From: Candidatus Eiseniibacteriota bacterium
Lineage (GTDB): Bacteria > Eisenbacteria > RBG-16-71-46 > CAZAMP01
Direction of reading: 5' to 3'
Assembly: GCA_965224245.1 (NCBI GenBank)
Contig: OZ245046.1
Location: 3,232,001-3,296,000, forward strand
DNA length: 64,000 nucleotides
The notes below the pieces were generated by a model. It made no database searches. It was not told the DNA's origin and was given only the letters and a program-made list of their open reading frames with translations. Shown one piece after another: positions 40,401 through 50,021 of the stretch; the first letter of the stretch is position 1, and every line of letters begins with the position of its first letter. The position numbers and the translations under genes were made by a program.

Positions 40401-40671
40401 ACTGGAGGAAGCGGACACCCCGTTGCTCGAGTAGATCGCGCTCGACCGCGTCGTCCGGCCGCGCCATCTGCAGGAGCACGTGCCCGCGCTCGGTGGGAAG
40501 CGACTCGAGATACCGTTCGGCCTCCGCGGTGCCCGGCTCGGGCGTGAGCGTTCGCGACCGGAGACGAAGCTCGAAGGCGTTCGCCGTCGCGGCGCCGAGC
40601 GCACACCCGATCAGCCCCAACACGGTCACACGGCACACGAGGGTGCGAATCGCTACTCTCGACGAGCGCAT
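37498..40671 (-). CDS. S8 subtilase with beta-helix (GGAI/FxxN repeats) and FlgD-Ig/T9SS-type C-terminal domain
   Basis: WDGG, HATHVGGT, SAGN, GTSMATP triad; repeated GGAI; PNP...WDG...SGVYFY CTD; AGGAGG RBS. Confidence 0.92.
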   Translation of the reverse strand: MRSSRVAIRTLVCRVTVLGLIGCALGAATANAFELRLRSRTLTPEPGTAEAERYLESLPTERGHVLLQMARPDDAVERDLLEQRGVRFLQYLPEDTWMVSVPRDVFARPTTGLLVRWAGPILTDDRVHPRLRDAGPRGWAVTPEGHWRLFVRFFEDVELSDARSVLEAAGATVLEETGFLRAFEIQTDAAGLAAIGADDRVYWVRETAPPKVGDNDGCRANTGADVVNDAPYGLTGNGITVAVWDGGAVADHVDFGARLSIGDGATPDFHATHVGGTVAGNGTGSSGEGGSALQWAGMAPQAGLASYDWDVTYDEHALAIATYGASISQNSWSSQISEELGNCDAYGDYDFGSAEYDDIINGAAGGIILVAHSAGNERQDSDCGNPDYGTITPPSASKNTITVGAINSNNDSMTSFSGWGPVDDGRLKPELVGPGCQSGGDGGVTSTQAGDTYGTFCGTSMATPAVSGCVALVQGAYLDDHGTLPEVSLVRALLFNTARDLGNVGPDYSFGFGAIDVHAAVDQYLDGAWGEGTLDDASDTAEFAFDVPSGAAVAQVTIAWNDPAASPGALTTLINDLDLVLVSPIGTEYSPWDLTPSIPTLDAVQRPNHRDPMEQVTVTSPMAGLWTARVSATALPEGPQTFHIAGTSPEPPCVGITLNVPGEYATIQAAVNAANFCDTVFVGPGTFQEQVTISERIFLIGSGPGLTTLQAPSFQRAMEVQADANIENLTIYQGISFGSFPNGYGGGIFAQNVSPTIRNVTFRECVAQNAGGAVYGLQSRMTLESCVFDSCFSQIRGGAIGLDQPLGADITGSVFFANEAVVSGGAISIDSGDADVTSNTFHDNEAGTAGGAIEITGSATVSLLNNIVASGLAPSAGGIWCDGGTVTLDCNDLWNNTEDTAGCTGGPNDFSADPEFCDVAADDFRIALTSPCAPDQSPAGCGLVGARDAVDCSVVAVETVDPTRPRTFAVHGAKPNPLRAGTVIGFDLPSDENVRLGIFDVSGRLVRVVVNEKVTAGRHTAAWDGRDGGGKRVPSGVYFYDLRAGEHHATRKLVVLP

Positions 40672-40950
40672 ACGGTCGTCCTCCTGATGCAGGGCGCGCG
40701 TGCGATCACGCGCGCCACTGAGAGACCGTCACCGCGGGTGACGGTCGATGGTCGTGTGTCGGGCGCATCCGACCGAGCGCGCCCGTTGGCCGAGACCGGC
40801 CACACCGCTGGATCGTTGACTTCGTCGCGGGGCGCTCCGTAGAGTCGCCGACGCCCTTCACATGCGGGGCGCCGAAGCCGCGAGGCCGTCGTGTGAACGA
40901 TCCGGGAGTGACCACAGTCCGGGGGAAGTCCGCTGAGAGACGAGCATACC

Positions 40951-43116
40951 ATGACTCGCCGTGGCCATCGCGGCTGCTGTTCCGGACGCCCGCCGGTGCC
41001 GCTCGAGGCCCGCCCGGCCGCCATTCTCGCCTCCGTGCTCGCCCTCCTCTCGGTGGGCCTCGGGTGCGCCCGATCCCCGGATGCCCCGACGCTGGAATGG
41101 CTCCGGCGAGGAACCGCCTATGTGGTCGTGACCGACCCCGTCGAGCTCCGGATCAGCGTCGAGCCGACCCACGGGGGGGCCGACTACGCCTATCTCTACG
41201 GCCCCGACGGTCGCACGCTCGTGCGCCGCCGGCTGTCTCCCGACTACGCCGGCACCGTGGTCAGGCGGCTCACGACCCCCGGCGTCTACACGGTCGTCCC
41301 GAGCCCGTCGCATCGCATGCGTCTGCGGGCGGACGGAGCCCGACTCGTGTATCGGCCGGAGACCGAGTTCCCGTCGCTCCACCAGCGCGACGGCGGGGCC
41401 GGGTACACGTTCCGGGTTCCCGAGGGAACGGAACGGATGACGGTGGCGGCCACCAATCAGCACGACTGGTCGGGATCCGCCGCTCGCGTGCGGATCTTCG
41501 ATCCGGACGGTCGACTCGCGCACACCTTCGAGCTGGACGATCTCGACGAGGCGACGATCCTCGAGCGCGTCGGCGTCTCGGCCGAGCAGCTGGCGTTCTA
41601 CCGCGCCCAGGGCGACACCGCCGTCGTGCCGGAGTTCCGGCTCGTGATCGAGCGGTGGACCGCGACCGACCCCGCGCCCGGCTCCTGGCGGGTGGAGGCG
41701 GGAACGACGGGGCTGGAGGCCGACGACGTCGGGTTCTGGCTCGAGGGCATCGACAACCTGATCGCCCCGGTCGGCGAGTCCCCCGAGCTTCCGGGCTGGA
41801 CCGACGTGGACGTGAGTGCGACCGTGGATGCGGCCCGCGTCGTGGGCCCCACCGGCGACGTCGGCACGGTCTGGGGCTGGACGGTTCACGAGGCCGAGTC
41901 GGAGGCCGCGTATCGCGAGATGGGGTTGTCGGCCAGCAAGCACTTCTATCCGCAGATCGACATGGAGGCCATCAACGACGACGACGACCCGCGTCACATC
42001 GATCCGGCCGGGTTCGATTTCGCGCCGTACGTCTCGCGGCTGGACGCGTACGCCGATCAGCGCATCCCGCTCACGGCGCTGATGGCGATCACGCGCCCCA
42101 CCGCGTGGGCCACGAAGAACCTGGAGGAGATCGCCGAGTTCGCCGAGGCCGCGGTGTCCTACCACCAGATCGACCGCGACCTCTCGCCCGACGCGCTCTA
42201 CTGGCAGTTCCTGAACGAGCCCAACCACGACGTGCACGAACGCGACTACGTCCTCGCGTACCAGAGCGTGGGACGGCGCCTCGCCGAGCGGATCGAGGCC
42301 GGTGGCGTTCCCGTGCACTTCGGGGGGCCGGCCACCGGCAACGCGGCCGGGGACACGCGCGCCGTCCCGTGGTCGTGGATCGAGTCGCTTCTCCGCCATG
42401 CCGACGACGTCACGGACTTCGTCGTGTGGAATCAGTACCGGCTGCCCAGGCTCGAGGACACGTGGCGCTATCGTGCCCACGTGGCGCGCGCCGATTCGCT
42501 GATCCGCGCGCTCGACAGCGACGGCCAGCGCGAGGAGATCCTCATCGGCGCGACGAACCTGCGCGGCGGCATCGTGCTTCAGAACGAGCGTCAGGACGGA
42601 CCCTACTCGGCGCTGTGGTGGCCGTCGGTGCTGTGCCAGACGCTCGGCACCGGGCGTTGCCGGCTGATCAACTACTTCTTCCTGATCGATCACGGCGCCC
42701 GGCGAAAGGGTCTCCTTCACGGCGACTGGCGGCGAAAGCCGGTCGCGCACGCGACCGCGTTCGTGACGTCCCATCTGGGCACCCACGTGATCGGGGCCGA
42801 GATCGACCACGACGGACTGGACGTGCTCGCGACGCGCGGACCGGTCGGTCGCCGCGGCGACGCGGCGACGGCCGTCTCCGACGCCGACCCGTTACACGTG
42901 CTCGTGGTGAACCGGCTCGACCGTGCGGCGCGCTTGCGGCTTCTCGTGGCCGGCGCCCCCGCTGCCGCCCGCGTCGAGGCGAGCCTGTTCGTGACCGACA
43001 CCGGCGAGGTGCGCGCGCTCGACACGCGTTCGAACGCCGACGATGCCGGGTCCCGCTTCGAGGTCCGCGTGCCGCCGCGCACGCTGGCCGCGTGGCGCCT
43101 GCTGCCGGGAGGGTGA
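40951..43116 (+). CDS. Putative lipoprotein with GH39/clan GH-A-like TIM barrel
   Basis: LGC lipobox; YWQFLNEPN, FGGPA, DFVVWNQY, KGLL...RKP; start uncertain. Confidence 0.55.
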   Translation: MTRRGHRGCCSGRPPVPLEARPAAILASVLALLSVGLGCARSPDAPTLEWLRRGTAYVVVTDPVELRISVEPTHGGADYAYLYGPDGRTLVRRRLSPDYAGTVVRRLTTPGVYTVVPSPSHRMRLRADGARLVYRPETEFPSLHQRDGGAGYTFRVPEGTERMTVAATNQHDWSGSAARVRIFDPDGRLAHTFELDDLDEATILERVGVSAEQLAFYRAQGDTAVVPEFRLVIERWTATDPAPGSWRVEAGTTGLEADDVGFWLEGIDNLIAPVGESPELPGWTDVDVSATVDAARVVGPTGDVGTVWGWTVHEAESEAAYREMGLSASKHFYPQIDMEAINDDDDPRHIDPAGFDFAPYVSRLDAYADQRIPLTALMAITRPTAWATKNLEEIAEFAEAAVSYHQIDRDLSPDALYWQFLNEPNHDVHERDYVLAYQSVGRRLAERIEAGGVPVHFGGPATGNAAGDTRAVPWSWIESLLRHADDVTDFVVWNQYRLPRLEDTWRYRAHVARADSLIRALDSDGQREEILIGATNLRGGIVLQNERQDGPYSALWWPSVLCQTLGTGRCRLINYFFLIDHGARRKGLLHGDWRRKPVAHATAFVTSHLGTHVIGAEIDHDGLDVLATRGPVGRRGDAATAVSDADPLHVLVVNRLDRAARLRLLVAGAPAAARVEASLFVTDTGEVRALDTRSNADDAGSRFEVRVPPRTLAAWRLLPGG

Positions 43117-43120
43117 ACAG

Positions 43121-44056
43121 GTGGATATCCGCACCCCCGGTCTCCACGAGCTCGACGCGATCCTGGCCATGTTGACACGAGCCTACCGCGCCGCACGCGC
43201 CGACTTCCCGGACGATCCCCGCGTGCTCGGCGCCTACGGGGCCCACGATCCCGGCGGCGGCCCCGCGAACTGGGTCGTCGCGTTCGACGACGACCGCCCG
43301 CTGGCGGCGCTTCGGTTGTTCTTCCGGACGATCCACACGTCGATCGGTGATCTCGAGATCGGGGGCATCGGCAACGTGGGCACCGACCCGGACGCCGGCG
43401 GCCGCGGCCTCGGCTCGACCGTGATGCGCGCCGCACACGACCGGATTCTCGAGCGCGGCTGCCGTGCGGCGCTCCTCGTCACCGACATCCCCGACTTCTA
43501 CCGGCGTCTCGGCTACGAGACCGTGCGACAGCCGGAGCTCCGGGGTACCGTCGTCCCCGAGCGCGAGACCCCGGTCGCCGCCCGGCGCCTCCGGGCCCCG
43601 GTCGCCGACGAGGTCGACCGGTGGCACGCCCGGCTCGTGGCCGAGACGTCGGGACGGGTCGTACGCTCCGAGGCGCTCTGGACGCGATGGATCCTCGACT
43701 TCAAGGTGGCCGGGACGTCGCTCGACGCCGTCCACGGCGAGGGTGCGTACCTGATCGGCAGACCCGAGAATGAGGGCCGACACTACCGGGTCTTCGAGGC
43801 GGGCGGCGACCCGGCGGCCGTCCTCGCCCTCGTCAGGGCGCACGCGGGCCGCGCGGTGCTGTGGAAGATGCCCGACGACTCGGTGTGTCGTGCGGTGCTC
43901 GCCTCCGCGGACGCCGATGTGTCCACGCGCGAGCGAACGGGTATCATGGCCGCCGTCATGGACGGTGCCGCGGCCGTCGGAGACGGCGCGGCCGCCACGC
44001 ACGACCAGGTCGACGCGTCGCTGTTCTCGGGCTTCCTGGAGCTCGACGCGTTCTAG
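43121..44056 (+). CDS. GNAT acetyltransferase (Eis-like)
   Basis: IGGIGNVGTDPDAGGRGLG, DFYRRLGY. Confidence 0.8.
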   Translation: MDIRTPGLHELDAILAMLTRAYRAARADFPDDPRVLGAYGAHDPGGGPANWVVAFDDDRPLAALRLFFRTIHTSIGDLEIGGIGNVGTDPDAGGRGLGSTVMRAAHDRILERGCRAALLVTDIPDFYRRLGYETVRQPELRGTVVPERETPVAARRLRAPVADEVDRWHARLVAETSGRVVRSEALWTRWILDFKVAGTSLDAVHGEGAYLIGRPENEGRHYRVFEAGGDPAAVLALVRAHAGRAVLWKMPDDSVCRAVLASADADVSTRERTGIMAAVMDGAAAVGDGAAATHDQVDASLFSGFLELDAF

Positions 44057-44099
44057 AGAGCGGCATCGCGCCGGGGCGCGATCGACGAATCGAGGTGAT

Positions 44100-44906
44100 G
44101 TGGTCTCCGACGCGCACGTCCACACGCTCGGGCACGAGCGGGCCGACGCGATCATGGCCGCGATGGACCGGATCGGCCTGACGCACACGTGTCTCCTGTC
44201 GCCCCCGGAGCTGGCCTCGACCGAGGCGCAGCGCGACGCCCTCCGATGGATGGCCTCGCTCACGCGCACCGCCCCCGATCGGCTGCTCGGCTACTTCTGG
44301 CTCAACCCCCTCGTGGACCGGGCACCCGAGCTCGTCGCCGAGGCCGCGGCGACCGACGGCATCCGCGCGTTCAAGCTGATGAGCGACCACTGGTACCCCC
44401 ACGACCCGGGCGTCCGGCGCACGCTCGACGCGATCGCGAGGACCGGGATGCCGATCCTCTTCCACGCCGGCATTCTCTGGAGCCACATGGACTCCTCGCG
44501 CTTCTGCCGTCCGGTCGACTTCGAGGTCATGCTGCACTACCCCACGACGCGATTCTGCCTGGCGCACGTCGCCTGGCCCTGGGTGGACGAGTGCCTGGCC
44601 GTGGCCGCGCGCATGCGTGACGGCATCGAGAAGCTGACCGGGGGGCCGAACACGATGTACATCGACCTGTCGCCGGGTACGCCGATGGAGGTCCGGGAGG
44701 AGGCGTTCCGGAAGGTCTTCCTGATCGGCGAGACGAACCGGATCCTCTGGGGAAGCGACGACGCCGAGCCCGAGACGTTCGAGAAGGCGTCTCGCGTGCT
44801 GGCGTTCGATCGCGATCTCCTCGATCGGATCGGCGTTCCGTCGGCGGTGCAGTCTCGCGTGTTCGGCCTCAATCACCTCGAGTTCCTGGGAATGACGACA
44901 TGTTGA
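44100..44906 (+). CDS. Amidohydrolase family 2 protein
   Basis: DAHVH, FKL, PILFHAG, LAHVAWPW, ILWGSD; GAGGTG RBS. Confidence 0.88.
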   Translation: MVSDAHVHTLGHERADAIMAAMDRIGLTHTCLLSPPELASTEAQRDALRWMASLTRTAPDRLLGYFWLNPLVDRAPELVAEAAATDGIRAFKLMSDHWYPHDPGVRRTLDAIARTGMPILFHAGILWSHMDSSRFCRPVDFEVMLHYPTTRFCLAHVAWPWVDECLAVAARMRDGIEKLTGGPNTMYIDLSPGTPMEVREEAFRKVFLIGETNRILWGSDDAEPETFEKASRVLAFDRDLLDRIGVPSAVQSRVFGLNHLEFLGMTTC

Positions 44907-46288
44907 CCCGTCCCTGCTCCGCCGGCCGCGCCTCCTGCGCGCACGTCCTGACCGCTCTCGTCGCGGCTCTCGCCCTCGGCGGTGGATGCCGCGGATCGAA
45001 CGACACGGGGGGCTCCTCCGCGGAGGGCGACCGATCGGGGGGCGGCACCTCGGCGGGCGATCAGGTGGCCATCCGCTACTTCCGATGGGCCGACCCCTCC
45101 GAGCTGGACGCGACACGCGCCGCGCTCGATGCGTTCCAGGCGGCGAACCCCGACGTGAAGGTCACGCTCGAGTACACGAACTTCGGCGGATACGGCTCGA
45201 AGCTCCAGACACTGATCGCCGGACGCGAGGCCCCCGACGTGTTCGCCCTGTCCGGTGCGTGGCTCCACGACCTCCACGCGCGCGGCGTGCTCGCGGATCT
45301 GGGTCCGTTCGTGGACGCCGACGCCTCGGTGGATCTCCTCGACTTCTACCGGGCACCGGTGACGGTGTTTCAGATCGGCGACGGGCTCTACGGGCTCCCG
45401 CGCGACTTCAACGTGGTCGCGCTGTTCTACAACACCGCGCTCTTCGACGCCGCCGGCGTCGATTACCCGGACTCGACGTGGGACTGGGACGACCTCCGCC
45501 GCGCGGCGCGCGCGCTGACGCGCGACGCCGACGGTGACGGTCGCACCGATCAGTGGGGGCTTCAGGTCTCGAACGACATGGAGGTCTCCTGGGGGAACTA
45601 CGTGTACCAGAACGGCGGCCGCATCCTGACCGAGGACCGCCGCCGCTTCGCGCTGTCCGAGCCGCCCGCGGTCGAGGCGCTCGACTTCCTGACGTCGCTC
45701 ATCTACGAGGATCACGTCTCGCCGTCGCCGCTCGACATGGAGTCGCTCTCGGGGACGCCGTTCCGCAACGGCCGCATCGCGATGATCACGAGCGGCTCGT
45801 GGACGCTGGGCACCCTCGACGCGACCGAGGGCTTCACCTACGGCGTGGCCGCCCTCCCGAAGGGACGCCGGCGCGCGGCGGTCGCCAACGGCGTGGCCCA
45901 CGCGATGTCGGCGAGCACGGCCCACCGGGACGCGGCCTGGCGGCTCATCGCGTTCCTGTCCGGCCCCGAGGGCCAGCGCCTCCTGGCGCGATCGGGCACG
46001 TCCATCCCGGCTCGACGCTCGGTGGCCGAGTCCGAGGACTTCCTCGGCGCCGGCCGGCCGGGAGTGGACCGATCGGTCTTCCTGTGGAGCATGGAGTTCG
46101 CCCGCACGCTGCCGTTCACGCCCGGCCTGGCGCGCTGGGGCGGTGAGGTGATCCAGGCCCTCGACCGGGTCTGGCTCCAGGAGCGCACGCCCCAGGGGGC
46201 CATGCGCGAGATCCAGCCCACGGTCGATGCGATCCTGGCCCGGGAGCGCGCCCGCGCCGGCGACGACGAGCGGACTCCCGCTCCGTGA
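44900..46288 (+). CDS. Sugar ABC transporter substrate-binding lipoprotein
   Basis: Lipobox Cys, APDVF, YGLP...LFYN..LFDAAG, F.NGRIAM...GSW. Confidence 0.93.
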   Translation: MLTRPCSAGRASCAHVLTALVAALALGGGCRGSNDTGGSSAEGDRSGGGTSAGDQVAIRYFRWADPSELDATRAALDAFQAANPDVKVTLEYTNFGGYGSKLQTLIAGREAPDVFALSGAWLHDLHARGVLADLGPFVDADASVDLLDFYRAPVTVFQIGDGLYGLPRDFNVVALFYNTALFDAAGVDYPDSTWDWDDLRRAARALTRDADGDGRTDQWGLQVSNDMEVSWGNYVYQNGGRILTEDRRRFALSEPPAVEALDFLTSLIYEDHVSPSPLDMESLSGTPFRNGRIAMITSGSWTLGTLDATEGFTYGVAALPKGRRRAAVANGVAHAMSASTAHRDAAWRLIAFLSGPEGQRLLARSGTSIPARRSVAESEDFLGAGRPGVDRSVFLWSMEFARTLPFTPGLARWGGEVIQALDRVWLQERTPQGAMREIQPTVDAILARERARAGDDERTPAP

Positions 46289-46301
46289 GAGCCCTCGCGC
46301 G

Positions 46302-47228
46302 ATGAGAGCCTCCGAGCGACGCGAGCTCGCCGCCGCCCTGGTCTTCCTGAGCCCGGGGCTGGTCACGTTCACCGCGTTCGTGCTGCTGCCGGTGCTTGCG
46401 TCCCTCGGGCTCAGCCTCACCGAGTGGGACCTCCTCTCGTCGCCGCGCTTCGTCGGGCTCGCGAACTTCGAGCGGCTCCTCGGCTTCACCCGCGACGGCG
46501 GCGCATGGGCGGCGCGGGACCCGGAGTTCTGGTCCAGCATGGGCAACACGCTCTTCTACATGCTCACGATCCCGGTGAACCTGATGCTGGCGCTGTTCGT
46601 GGCGCTCCTGATCAACACCGTGGTCCCGATGAAGTCGCTCTTCCGGACGCTCTACTTCCTGCCCGTGGTCTGCACGCTGGTGGCGGTGGCGATCCTCTGG
46701 CGGTGGATCTTCAATCCCAACTACGGACTCTTCAACTGGGCGCTGTCCACGGTCGGCATCGACGGGCCCGCCTGGCTGCTGAGCCGCGCGTGGGCCAAGC
46801 CCGCGATCATGCTCGTGATGCTGTGGAAGGGGCTCGGCTACAGCGTGATGGTGTACCTGGCCGGCCTCCAGACGGTGCCCGACGACCTCCACGAGGCCGC
46901 GCGAATCGACGGCGCCGGCCCCTGGAGTCGGTTCTGGAGGATCACGTTCCCGCTCCTGGCCCCGACGCACTTCTTCCTCGCCGTGATCGGCGTCATCTGG
47001 GGCTTCCAGACGTTCGACACCGTGTTCCTGATGACGGGCGGCGGACCGGCGGGCTCGACCGAGCCGGTGCTCCTGTACCTGTATCAGAACGCGTTCGTGT
47101 GGTTCGAGATGGGCTACGCGTCGGCGATCGCGTGGATCCTCTTCCTGTTGATGATGGCGGCCACGCTTCTGCAGTGGCGGGCCGCGGGCAGCCGCGCTCG
47201 GGGCGGCGCGTCAGAGGAGGCCCTGTGA
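46302..47228 (+). CDS. Sugar ABC transporter permease
   Basis: FVGLANF, YLAGLQ, EAARIDGA (EAA loop), MGYASAIA. Confidence 0.95.
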   Translation: MRASERRELAAALVFLSPGLVTFTAFVLLPVLASLGLSLTEWDLLSSPRFVGLANFERLLGFTRDGGAWAARDPEFWSSMGNTLFYMLTIPVNLMLALFVALLINTVVPMKSLFRTLYFLPVVCTLVAVAILWRWIFNPNYGLFNWALSTVGIDGPAWLLSRAWAKPAIMLVMLWKGLGYSVMVYLAGLQTVPDDLHEAARIDGAGPWSRFWRITFPLLAPTHFFLAVIGVIWGFQTFDTVFLMTGGGPAGSTEPVLLYLYQNAFVWFEMGYASAIAWILFLLMMAATLLQWRAAGSRARGGASEEAL

Positions 47229-48073
47229 CGACCCGGCGCATCCTGGCCACGGCGTTCGTCCTGGTGGGCGCGGTGCTGATGGTGTTGCCGTTCGTGTGGC
47301 TCGTCTCGTCCTCGCTGAAGGGACCGGCCGACATCCTGGCCCTCCCGCCGGACTGGATCCCCGACGATCCGAGGTGGTCGAACTACGCGACCGTGTGGGA
47401 AGGCTCCGGCGTGGACGACGGTCCACTCGGGGTGACCGGTCCACTTCTCGCCGCCTACCTGAACAGCCTCTTCGTGACGTTGTCGGTCACCGCGCTCCAG
47501 CTTCTGACGTCCTCGGCAGCCGCCTTCGCGTTCGCGCACCTCCGGTTTCCGATCCGGGACAAGCTCTTTCTCGGGTACCTGGCCACGATGATGATCCCCG
47601 CGCAGGTCACGATCATCCCGGTGTTCATCATCCTCCGGCAGCTCGGGTGGCTCGACTCGTATCAGGCGCTGATCGTGCCGTTCGTCTCGTCGGCCTACGG
47701 GACGTTTCTCCTGCGGCAGTACTTCCTGACCATCCCGCGCGACCTGGTCGACGCGGCCGTGATCGATGGCTGCGGGCATCTCGGCGTGTTCCGGCACGTG
47801 TTCCTGCCCCTGGCCAGGCCGGCGCTGGCCACGTTCGGGATCCTGGCGTTCCTGGCCACCTGGAACGACTTCATGTGGCCGCTGATCGTCATCAGCTCCC
47901 CGGGCAAGATGACGTTGCCGGTCATGCTGAACCACTACCTGGGACAGTACGGAACGGACTGGACGCGACTCCTGCCGGCGACGGTGATTGCGCTGGTCCC
48001 GGTATTGGTCGTTTACTTGATCGGGCAGCGTCACGTGACCCGGGGGTTCGTGATGAGCGGAATCAAAGGATGA
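47225..48073 (+). CDS. Sugar ABC transporter permease
   Basis: LNSLFV, FLLRQYF, DAAVIDG, WNDFMWPL; GTGA coupling. Confidence 0.95.
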   Translation: MTTRRILATAFVLVGAVLMVLPFVWLVSSSLKGPADILALPPDWIPDDPRWSNYATVWEGSGVDDGPLGVTGPLLAAYLNSLFVTLSVTALQLLTSSAAAFAFAHLRFPIRDKLFLGYLATMMIPAQVTIIPVFIILRQLGWLDSYQALIVPFVSSAYGTFLLRQYFLTIPRDLVDAAVIDGCGHLGVFRHVFLPLARPALATFGILAFLATWNDFMWPLIVISSPGKMTLPVMLNHYLGQYGTDWTRLLPATVIALVPVLVVYLIGQRHVTRGFVMSGIKG

Positions 48074-48085
48074 GGAGCTGACGCC

Positions 48086-48946
48086 ATGCGAACGGCGATC
48101 AACCGATGGGCGTTTCCGGGCAAGTGGTCGCTCGACGAGGTCATCGAGGCCACCGTGCGTCACGGCTTCGACGGCCTGGAGCTGAACCTCGAGGAGAAGG
48201 GCGACGTCGCCGTGGACACCGACCTCGACGATGTCAGGCGGGTCGCGGCGAGGGTCCGGGAGGCCGGACTCGACATCCCGGCGCTCGCCACCGGTCTCTA
48301 CTGGACGCGCTCGCTCTCGTCTCCGGACGACGCCGAGCGCCGCGCGGGACTGAACCTGGCCCGGGCGCAGATGCGCCTCGCCGACGCGATGGACGTCGAT
48401 CACCTTCTGGTGGTGCCGGGGGCCGTGGACGTGTTCTTTCTTCCGGACAAGCAGGCGGTCCCCTACGAGATCGCGTACAGCCGGGCGCAGGAGTCGCTCC
48501 GGATCCTGACCGCCGAGGCGGAGGCCCGGAAGATCGTCCTCTGCCTGGAGAACGTCTGGAACCGGTTCCTTCTGAGCCCGCTCGAGTTCCGCCGCTTCGT
48601 GGATGAGATCGATTCGCTCCTGGTGCGCGCGTACTTCGACGTCGGCAACGTGTTCGCGTTCGGCCAGCCGGCCGACTGGATCTCGATCCTGGACGCGCGG
48701 ATCTCCCGGGTCCACGTGAAGGACTTCAGCCGGAGCGTGGGCACCGCGGACGGGTTTCGCGATCTCGAGGAAGGCGAGATCGACTGGCCGGCGACCATGG
48801 GCGCGCTCGCGCGCGTCGGGTACGACCGATGGCTCACCGCGGAGCTGTTTCCGTCGAAGGGCGCCGATCCGGATGCGTTTCTCGCGAAGACGAGTGCGAG
48901 CTTGCGGCGGTTCGTCGAGATGCACGCCGGGGCGAAGACGTCCTGA
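48086..48946 (+). CDS. Sugar phosphate isomerase/epimerase (xylose-isomerase-like TIM barrel)
   Basis: GFDGLEL, LENVWNRFLLSPLE, YFDVGN, VHVKDF, GEIDW, LTAE. Confidence 0.9.
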   Translation: MRTAINRWAFPGKWSLDEVIEATVRHGFDGLELNLEEKGDVAVDTDLDDVRRVAARVREAGLDIPALATGLYWTRSLSSPDDAERRAGLNLARAQMRLADAMDVDHLLVVPGAVDVFFLPDKQAVPYEIAYSRAQESLRILTAEAEARKIVLCLENVWNRFLLSPLEFRRFVDEIDSLLVRAYFDVGNVFAFGQPADWISILDARISRVHVKDFSRSVGTADGFRDLEEGEIDWPATMGALARVGYDRWLTAELFPSKGADPDAFLAKTSASLRRFVEMHAGAKTS

Positions 48947-49156
48947 CTCCCGGTCGGCACTCTCTCGGAACTTCCGCGTGAGGTATCGACTTCTTCGAGT
49001 GTCGCGGCCCGGGCACGGCGAACACCTGGCGTCGTGCCGCGACTCGATGGTGGCAAGCGAGGTCATGCGTGTACATGGATGCTTCCGAGCGCGAGCCTCG
49101 GCTGACGAGAGCTCCGACGCCGTTGGTCGACTTCACCCGGGGATCTGAAGGCGATC

Positions 49157-49830
49157 ATGCTCGTGTGCCTGCTGATGACCGGGGCGGTCTCGTGTGCCGA
49201 TCGTGAGCCGACTCGCGAAGAGCATCAACCCTTCGGTGGCCCCGTCTTCCTGCCCCCCACCAGTCCCGAGAACGTGCTGCCAACCTCGAGGAGGCCTACC
49301 GCGATCGCATGCTCGATCGGATTGCGTCGTGCCTTGCACCCGGGTACACGTTCGTGCCGGCCGACGAGGACTCTGTGGAGTTCGATGCGCTGACGAGGCA
49401 CGAGGATCTGGGCGCGACGCAGAACATGCTCGAGAACGTCGACGACGTGGCGACCACGATCGACCACGATCAACCACGATGGGTCGGTGCCATCGGAACT
49501 TGCCGCCTTCCCCGGATCTGCGGGCTACCGGATGATCCTGGTCCCACACGTCCGCCTCGACGTCCTCTCCCGCTTCATCGACGAGGATTCGGGCGACCCC
49601 ATCACCTACCACGTCCCCGGCATCTCGTCCCGGTTCGTGTTCGAGCCCGACTCGTCCCGGTCTCCCCCCACCTTCACGATCGTCCTCCACGAGGAGTTCC
49701 CGCCCGACCCGGTCGGGACGTCACCGACCGCGGACTCGAATCCGGTCGAGCACACGCAGGCGAACGCCGCCAGCATCCCGATCATCGACACGACGTGGGC
49801 CGCCCTCAAGGCCCTCTACGCCGACCGATC
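49157..49830 (+). pseudogene. Frameshifted lipoprotein gene (two frameshifts)
   Basis: Lipobox AVSC; PTSPENVL continues as ANLEEAY only after adding 1 nt near 49279; removing one 10-bp unit at 49451-49480 joins the frame ending TTWAALKALY. Confidence 0.6.
49451..49480 (+). repeat. 3 x 10-bp tandem repeat
   Basis: CGACCACGAT CGACCACGAT CAACCACGAT. Confidence 0.9.
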
Positions 49831-50021
49831 CCCGTTCCCCCACCCCGAGGTTCTCGTTCAGCGATGGAGATGCCCCCGACGCAGCGAGCCGGGATGGGGG
49901 CATGGACCCCGGCGAGTTCCGCAGGGAATCAGGCCGGCCCTTCGAGGGGCCGGCCGCCCGAGGACTGTCCGAGCAGAGGGGTTCATGCCCCCATCGCGGC
50001 TCGCGGAACGACAGGGAGACG

